Below are positions 7,262 to 12,424 of a DNA stretch of 12,424 nucleotides, in pieces; within the stretch, counting starts at the first letter, position 1, and the number at the start of each line of letters is the position of its first letter. The position numbers and the translations under genes were made by a program. Location of the stretch: contig JANOTL010000219.1 in the NCBI GenBank assembly GCA_031416315.1, positions 1-12,424 on the forward strand, given 5' to 3'. Origin of the DNA: Pseudomonadota bacterium. Lineage in GTDB: Bacteria; Bdellovibrionota_B; Oligoflexia; Oligoflexales; CAIYRB01. Under the pieces are notes generated by a model. It was not told where the DNA came from, did not search any database, and worked only from the letters and a program-made list of their open reading frames with translations.

Positions 7262-9418
7262 ATGGCAAAGCCCATCGGCGTCGCAATCTTGTTCGTCGTG
7301 CTGGTTGCCTGCTCGGCCAAGCCCAAGGACGGCGCTCCGGGTGGTCCGAAGGGCATCGGCGATGTCGACGGCCCCCAAGCGCCTCCGGATGCTGCGCCGG
7401 AAGCCGCGCCTGCGCCGGCGGCTACGGCCGCGGCGACTTCGCGCGACATCGAAGTCCGCGGGACGATCGAGACGGCCGACGACCTCGAAGTCATCGCGCC
7501 GGTTGCGACGACGCTCACCCTCGCCGACGGCGCGGTTGCGGAGACGGCTGTCCCTTATGCCGTCGAATGCGTCACGCTCGATGCTCAACGCAAGACGTGC
7601 TCCGCACCGGTAGAGCCGACGGCGCCGCGAGCTGGAACCTTCTCGTTGAGCTGCCCCGGAATGGGGGCGGCGTCGATCGCTTGCAACCTTCGTCGCGGCA
7701 CGACGCTCGATGCGATCATCCTCGGCGACGCGTCCCTATTGAACGTCGGCGAAGGGATCGTCGACCTCAAGCTCGCGTCGGCGGCAGATCAGCTTCCCAA
7801 AGGGAGCCTTGAGCCGACTAGTACCGCGCTGGCTACGGTGGATGAGCTGGCAACGCGCTTCGCAGCCAAGCCGACCGACCTCTCCGAGTCGTTCACGGGC
7901 AACTGGCTGATCACGCCGATCGAGGTGCCCGCAGAGGAATCCCTTGAGTCGTCCACGGTCTATTTCCGCGATCGGAGCATCGACGGCACCCAGCGCAAGA
8001 TCGAGATATGGGACTCGCAGGCGGCTTACGATCGATGCCACGCCGGCGAAGACGACCGCCTCGCCCAACACTTCCTCTTCGACGGCAAGCGCTTCGACGT
8101 CGACGAGACCTCCGCGGAAACCTTGACCGCCTCGGTCGAATCGATTGCTGCGGCATTTTTTGACCCAGACGTCGAGCGCTCGTTCAAGGTCTCGAATCTT
8201 TTCAACGGAGAGGCCTGTACTGGGGACTGGTGCGCGCCAAGGACCGAGGGGCCCTTTAAGGGGCGCCCCAAGGACGAGGTCCTTAGGCAGTTGGACTTCA
8301 TGCAGTTTGCCATGATTGAAGCGATGGCCACCTCGCTCGAGACTGCCCTCGAGAGCTGCCCGCGTCCGCCGGACGATTTGTCGGTGTGTCGCGACATCGG
8401 CACCACTAACCTGTTTTGTCTTGAACTGATTTATCAGGTCGGCTGGCTTTTCGGTCGCACGGTAGACCTAGAGACATTGGCGCCGTTCGCCACGCCCCCT
8501 GACTTCACCGAGTGCCTCGGGGACGTGCCGAATGGCTTGAATCCAATCTGCCAGGTGCTGCAACCGACCATGGCCGAGATCGGCGTCAAATGGCAGGCAG
8601 GCCAACGGTGGGTCCTCGATGCGAGCGTCGTGCCGCAAGAGTTTCTATCCGACGCCTTACGGCTTTGCCCAGTCGAGGCGAGCTCGGAAACCGCGCAGCC
8701 GGTCGCCTGCCGCGCTGAATTTCTCGCGGCGAGCCCCTTCGAGCAGGACGCTGCGGTGACCGGGCTTATTGAATTGAATGAAGGCTTGTTCTACGGCAGC
8801 CAGATATGTCCGGGCGTCAAACCCGTCTTTTCTGCCCCAACGCCAGACGCGGGCATCGCGGCAAACGTCGCATGCCGCCAATCGTACATGGCCGCGAGTA
8901 TCGATGAGCGCCGTCGTCGACTCACCCTGTCGGCGCAACGGATGCTGTCGTTTTGGCCGAACCTCGCGTGCATTGCTCCGAAGCGGGCCGAAGCAATCGT
9001 TGCGGCCATCGACGTGTCTTGCCTTCGCCTTCCGTTTCGCCTGAGCATCCTCGACCCAGATTGCGTTGCCCAGTACGGCTGCTTTCCCTCGAAGCTCTTG
9101 CCGTTGCGCGATGTCGGCGCTCCTTTGGAGGACATGATGGGATACGCTTCAACCATGGGCCTAGTGCAAGGTGTAGACGGGGCCTTCGCGATGAACTCGA
9201 TTCGTCGCATCAAATATAGCGACCTCGCGCCGCCCGACTACGAACCTGTCGAATGCGAGAGCCGGTATGAGTCGGTCTTTAACGCGACCGCAACCTCGAA
9301 GACCGCCTTCGATGCGGATCACCAGATTCGGGAGCAAGAGCAGTGCTCGCATGAAATGCAGGCCCGACCGGGCTACAGCGACGGCTTGTTCGTTCGCTAC
9401 CGATTCACGCGCCAATAA
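7262..9418 (+). CDS. Large Cys-rich lipoprotein of unknown function, copy 1 (718 aa)
   Basis: AAGGGAG RBS. Lipobox MAKPIGVAILFVVLVAC, Pro/Ala-rich linker, 22 further Cys. Full-length paralogue at 10289-12424. Confidence 0.88.
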   Translation: MAKPIGVAILFVVLVACSAKPKDGAPGGPKGIGDVDGPQAPPDAAPEAAPAPAATAAATSRDIEVRGTIETADDLEVIAPVATTLTLADGAVAETAVPYAVECVTLDAQRKTCSAPVEPTAPRAGTFSLSCPGMGAASIACNLRRGTTLDAIILGDASLLNVGEGIVDLKLASAADQLPKGSLEPTSTALATVDELATRFAAKPTDLSESFTGNWLITPIEVPAEESLESSTVYFRDRSIDGTQRKIEIWDSQAAYDRCHAGEDDRLAQHFLFDGKRFDVDETSAETLTASVESIAAAFFDPDVERSFKVSNLFNGEACTGDWCAPRTEGPFKGRPKDEVLRQLDFMQFAMIEAMATSLETALESCPRPPDDLSVCRDIGTTNLFCLELIYQVGWLFGRTVDLETLAPFATPPDFTECLGDVPNGLNPICQVLQPTMAEIGVKWQAGQRWVLDASVVPQEFLSDALRLCPVEASSETAQPVACRAEFLAASPFEQDAAVTGLIELNEGLFYGSQICPGVKPVFSAPTPDAGIAANVACRQSYMAASIDERRRRLTLSAQRMLSFWPNLACIAPKRAEAIVAAIDVSCLRLPFRLSILDPDCVAQYGCFPSKLLPLRDVGAPLEDMMGYASTMGLVQGVDGAFAMNSIRRIKYSDLAPPDYEPVECESRYESVFNATATSKTAFDADHQIREQEQCSHEMQARPGYSDGLFVRYRFTRQ
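7307..7906 (+). repeat. ~600-bp direct repeat, copy A (pairs with 10337-10936)
   Basis: Ungapped alignment at offset 3030. Hand count gives about 58 mismatches over 7311-7900 (~90% identity). Confidence 0.95.
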
Positions 9419-9421
9419 AAC

Positions 9422-9898
9422 TCAGTCGCGGTAAGACAGCTCGACGGCCTCACCAGCCTCGAGCTTCATTTCCGTGAAAAAGCGCAACGACCCCGCGACC
9501 ACCGGCGTCGCCGCGAAGTATTCGTACTCGTTGCCGCGGAAGATCCGCGCTTCGACTTTCGCGGCAATCCGCGTGCCCTCGGTACCGCTCCCCGCCGCCA
9601 TCACCCGCCACCGCCGCGGCAAATACGCGCGCCCGCCGGTCGCCAGTACCTGCCCGCCGGCGAGGCACTCCGCGACGAAGTCGTTCGGCGGCTCGGCGTA
9701 CAAAGCCTCCGGCTCGCCGTCAGCCGATACCTCTCCGTATAGATTTCCAAACGCACGAGCCCAAGCGCCTCCTTCACCCTTCGCGAAAGCTCGGCGTCAC
9801 CCGTCCGCGGCTTTGAGATCTGCAGAGGAAAGGCGACGTTCTCGAAGACCGTCATGTGCGGCCAAACGGCGTAGTTCTGAAACACCATGCCGATGCCG
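9422..9898 (-). pseudogene. Remnant of a PotA/FbpC/MalK-type ABC transporter ATP-binding gene, 5'-truncated and internally deleted
   Basis: GIGMVFQNYAVWPHMTVFENVAFPL...RVKEALGLVRLE..TERY, then a frame change near 9725-9736 to GEPEALYAEPPNDFVAE and a TOBE-like tail ending in TGA at 9422. Walker A, LSGGQ signature, Walker B and H-loop are absent. Confidence 0.88.
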
Positions 9899-10168
9899 CA
9901 ACGATCGGTCGTCCAAAAAGATGAAGCGCACGCGCGGGTCGAGATCCGGCGCGAGCCCCACCGCCGCGCGCAACTTCAGGTACGGATGGTAGAACGCCGT
10001 GCGCTCGAGATACGCGCCCGCACCGGTAGCGCTCGCGAGGGCCGCGGCGGTGATAAGGGCTATCGCGAGCCGTACCTCGAAACGTCGCGCGAACGCGGCC
10101 GCGCCCGCGACGAACGGCGCCAGCCGAGACGCCATTTTCGGCTTCGAAGTCGTGAGGGGCTCAGCTAT
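9899..10168 (-). pseudogene. 5' stub (~90 codons) of a second CHASE2-PP2C gene
   Basis: RLAP...ARRF.VRLA...GAG.YL.RTAFYHPYLK.RAA.GLAP.LDPR.R.I.LDDRSL matches 6871-7140 without gaps. Homology stops abruptly at about 9899. The position of ATG 7140 is ATA here (10168); an in-frame ATG lies at 10135. Confidence 0.88.
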
Positions 10169-10174
10169 GACTCC

Positions 10175-10203
10175 ACGATAAACCACGGTCCGATTCTTGG
10201 CGA
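10175..10203 (-). promoter_or_regulatory. Candidate sigma70-type promoter, second copy
   Basis: TCGCCA-N17-TATCGT at the position equivalent to 7149-7177. Confidence 0.5.
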
Positions 10204-10288
10204 TCTTCCTGTCGTAACAGCGGCATACACTCTCTCCGCCAAAGGTTTGCCGAGCTCCTGCCGAAGAAGTTGCATCAAGGGAGGGCGC

Positions 10289-12424
10289 GTGGCGAGACTT
10301 GCTCCACTCTGGTTCCTGTTGGCTCTGGTAGGAGCGGCCTGCTCCGCCAAGCCCAAGGACGGCGCTCCGGGTGGTCCGAAGGGCATCGGCGACGTCGACG
10401 GCCCCCAGGCACCTCCCGATGCGGCGCCAGAAGCCGCGCCTGCGCCGGCCGCTACTGCCGCGTCGACCTCGCGTGACATCGAAGTCCGCGGGACGATCGA
10501 GACGGCCGACGACCTCGAGGTTATCGCGCCGGTCGCGACGACGCTCACCCTCGTCGATGGCGAGGCCGCGGAGACTGCGGTCCCGTATTCCGTCGAATGC
10601 GCCACGCTCGATGCTCAGCGCAAGACGTGCTCCGCACCGGTAGAGCCGACGGCGCCGCGCGCTGGAACTTTTGCGTTGAGCTGCCCTGGGATGGGGGCGG
10701 CGTCAATCGCTTGCAATCTTCGTCGCGGCACGACGCTCGATGCGATCATCCTCGGCGACGCGACCCTGCTGAACGTCAGCGAAGGGATCGTCGACCTCAA
10801 GCTCGCGTCGGCAGCAAATCAGCTTCCCAAAGGAAGCCTCGAGCCGACCAGTACGGCTTTGGTGACCGTAGAAGAGCTGGCGGCGCGCTTCGCGGCCAAG
10901 CCGACCGACCTCTCCGCGTCATTCACCGGTAACTGGTACGGGACGTGGATTGATGAGCCCGCGGGGCCAACGCCCGAGTTGGCCCCCTACTATTTTCACG
11001 AGCGGATCGTCGACGGCAGCCAGCGCAAAGTCGAGATTTGGTATTCACAGGCGGAATACGACCAATGCCACGCCGCCGAAGACGACCGCCTCGACCAACA
11101 CTTCCTGCTCGACGGCAAGCGCTTCGAGGTCGACGAAACCTCCGCGGAAACCTTGACCGCCTCCCTAGAAACCATCGCTGCAGCGTTTTTCGATTCAGAA
11201 GTTGAGCGTGTTTACAAAGCAACACGTTCCTTCGGTTATAAAGGGCCATGCACCGAGGCCGCTTGCGCGCCGCGGACCGACGGTCCTTTCAAGGGTCGCC
11301 CCCGAGACGAAGTCCTCCGTCGGGTGGATCACATGCAAAAAGTCTTGCAAGAAGCCAAGTACTCCTCGCTCGAGACGTTGCTTGAGTCGTGCCCGCGCCA
11401 GCCAGACGACCTCTACGTGTGTCGAGGTGAAGGCGCAGGCGTCGAATTTTGTTTCGTTTTGCGCGAAACTTCCTTGTTCTTCGGCCGTTCGATCGACCTC
11501 GAGACACTCGCGCCCTCTTCGGCGCCCCCCGACTTCACCGAGTGCCTCGGTGATGCGCCGAACGCCTTGAATCCGCTTTGCTTTAGTCTTTCATACGCTA
11601 TTGAGGCGATCGGCGTCACATGGCGAGCAGACCGAGGATGGACTCATGATGCCAACGTCGAGCTGTCAGGTTACCTATCTAACGTGTTGCCACTTTGCCC
11701 GGACGCAGCGAGGTCTGAGCCCGCGAAGCCCGCGGACTGCCGTGCCGAGTTTCTCGCGGCCGACGCCTCCGCGCAAAACGCGGCCATCATCAAGCTCGCT
11801 CACTTTGACGAGACGATCTTCCATTCCAGGCAGATCTGTCCCGAGGTCGAAGGCGTCGACACGCCGACGCCCGATGCGGGCGTCGCGGCGCACGCAGCCT
11901 GCCGCCAATCGTATCTTTCCGCGGGCATCGACGAGCGCCGCCGGAGACTCTTGCTGGCTGCGTACGACTTCTCGTCGGGTTTGACGGGCCTCGCTTGCAT
12001 GGCTCCGAAGCGGGCCGAGGCGCTCATCGCGGCCGTCGGCGCCTCCTGCCTTCGCGTTCCATTTCGCCTGAGCACGTACGAACCTCTCTGCGAACGAGTT
12101 TAAGGCTGTTCGCCGTCGAAGCTCCTGCCGCTAGAGGACGTCGGCGCTCCGGCGTCCAAGATGCCGGGACATTATTCGACATTTGACATCTTACAAGGGG
12201 TCGATGGGGCCTTCGCGATGAACTCGATCAACGTCTACGCCTACTCCGAAGAGCCGGTCGTGTGTGAGATTCGCAATGAGGTGATCTTGAATGCGACATT
12301 GACGTCGCCATCTGCCTTCGATGCCGACAGACAAGAACGGGTGCACGATAGCTGCCCGAACGAGGCGCAAGCCCAACCGGACCCGTTCGACGGCCTCCTT
12401 AGCCGCCACCGCTTCACGCGCGAA
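10289..12424 (+). pseudogene. Large Cys-rich lipoprotein, copy 2, interrupted by in-frame TAA at 12101-12103 (604-aa ORF; homology continues to the window end)
   Basis: AAGGGAG RBS and GTG start at 10289. Lipobox VARLAPLWFLLALVGAAC. Colinear with copy 1. After the TAA (TAC in copy 1) the same frame continues for 107 codons, GCSPSKLLPLEDVGAP...RHRFTRE, matching copy 1's end RYRFTRQ*. Confidence 0.85.
10337..10936 (+). repeat. ~600-bp direct repeat, copy B (pairs with 7307-7906)
   Basis: Ungapped ~90% nucleotide identity to copy A, from the lipobox (GCCTGCTC) to FTGNW (AACTGG). Confidence 0.95.

Noticed and set aside
9887..10288. 134-aa N-terminal extension of lipoprotein copy 2 in the ORF track
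   Set aside because: It is antisense to the CHASE2 stub and runs through the promoter region. The RBS, lipobox and paralogue place the start at GTG 10289.
12101..12103. Stop-codon recoding (Sec, Pyl or alternative genetic code)
   Set aside because: The codon is TAA rather than TGA or TAG, and TAA terminates neighbouring genes normally (2771, 3707, 5153, 9418).
7907..12424. Diversity-generating retroelement (TR/VR pair) as the source of lipoprotein variation
   Set aside because: Mismatches involve all four bases, many are synonymous, they include indels and span the gene. No adenine-specific pattern and no reverse transcriptase in the window.
1..12424. CRISPR array, tRNA/rRNA, IS element or integrase
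   Set aside because: No regularly spaced short repeats, recognisable RNA genes, or transposase/recombinase motifs found by eye.

Overview
GC-rich bacterial window; the gene content suggests a Bdellovibrionota/Oligoflexia- or Myxococcota-like organism (inference only). The left half holds a 5'-truncated CFI-box-CTERM surface protein, a lipoprotein of the Phytophthora GP42-type transglutaminase family with a Pep-13-like motif, an orphan secreted protein, and a likely operon (outer-membrane beta-barrel, MBL-fold hydrolase, STAS/Zn-ribbon protein) converging on a CHASE2-PP2C membrane phosphatase. The right half is the most interesting part: a module [CHASE2-PP2C <- divergent promoter -> ~715-aa Cys-rich lipoprotein] occurs twice, about 3.03 kb apart. 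The two lipoproteins share all 23 Cys and a ~90%-identical 600-bp tract beginning at the lipobox, while the rest is a mosaic of conserved and highly variable patches. In copy 2 the phosphatase is reduced to a 5' stub fused to an internally deleted ABC-ATPase remnant, and the lipoprotein has one in-frame TAA. No RNA genes, CRISPR arrays, transposases or reverse transcriptase were seen.
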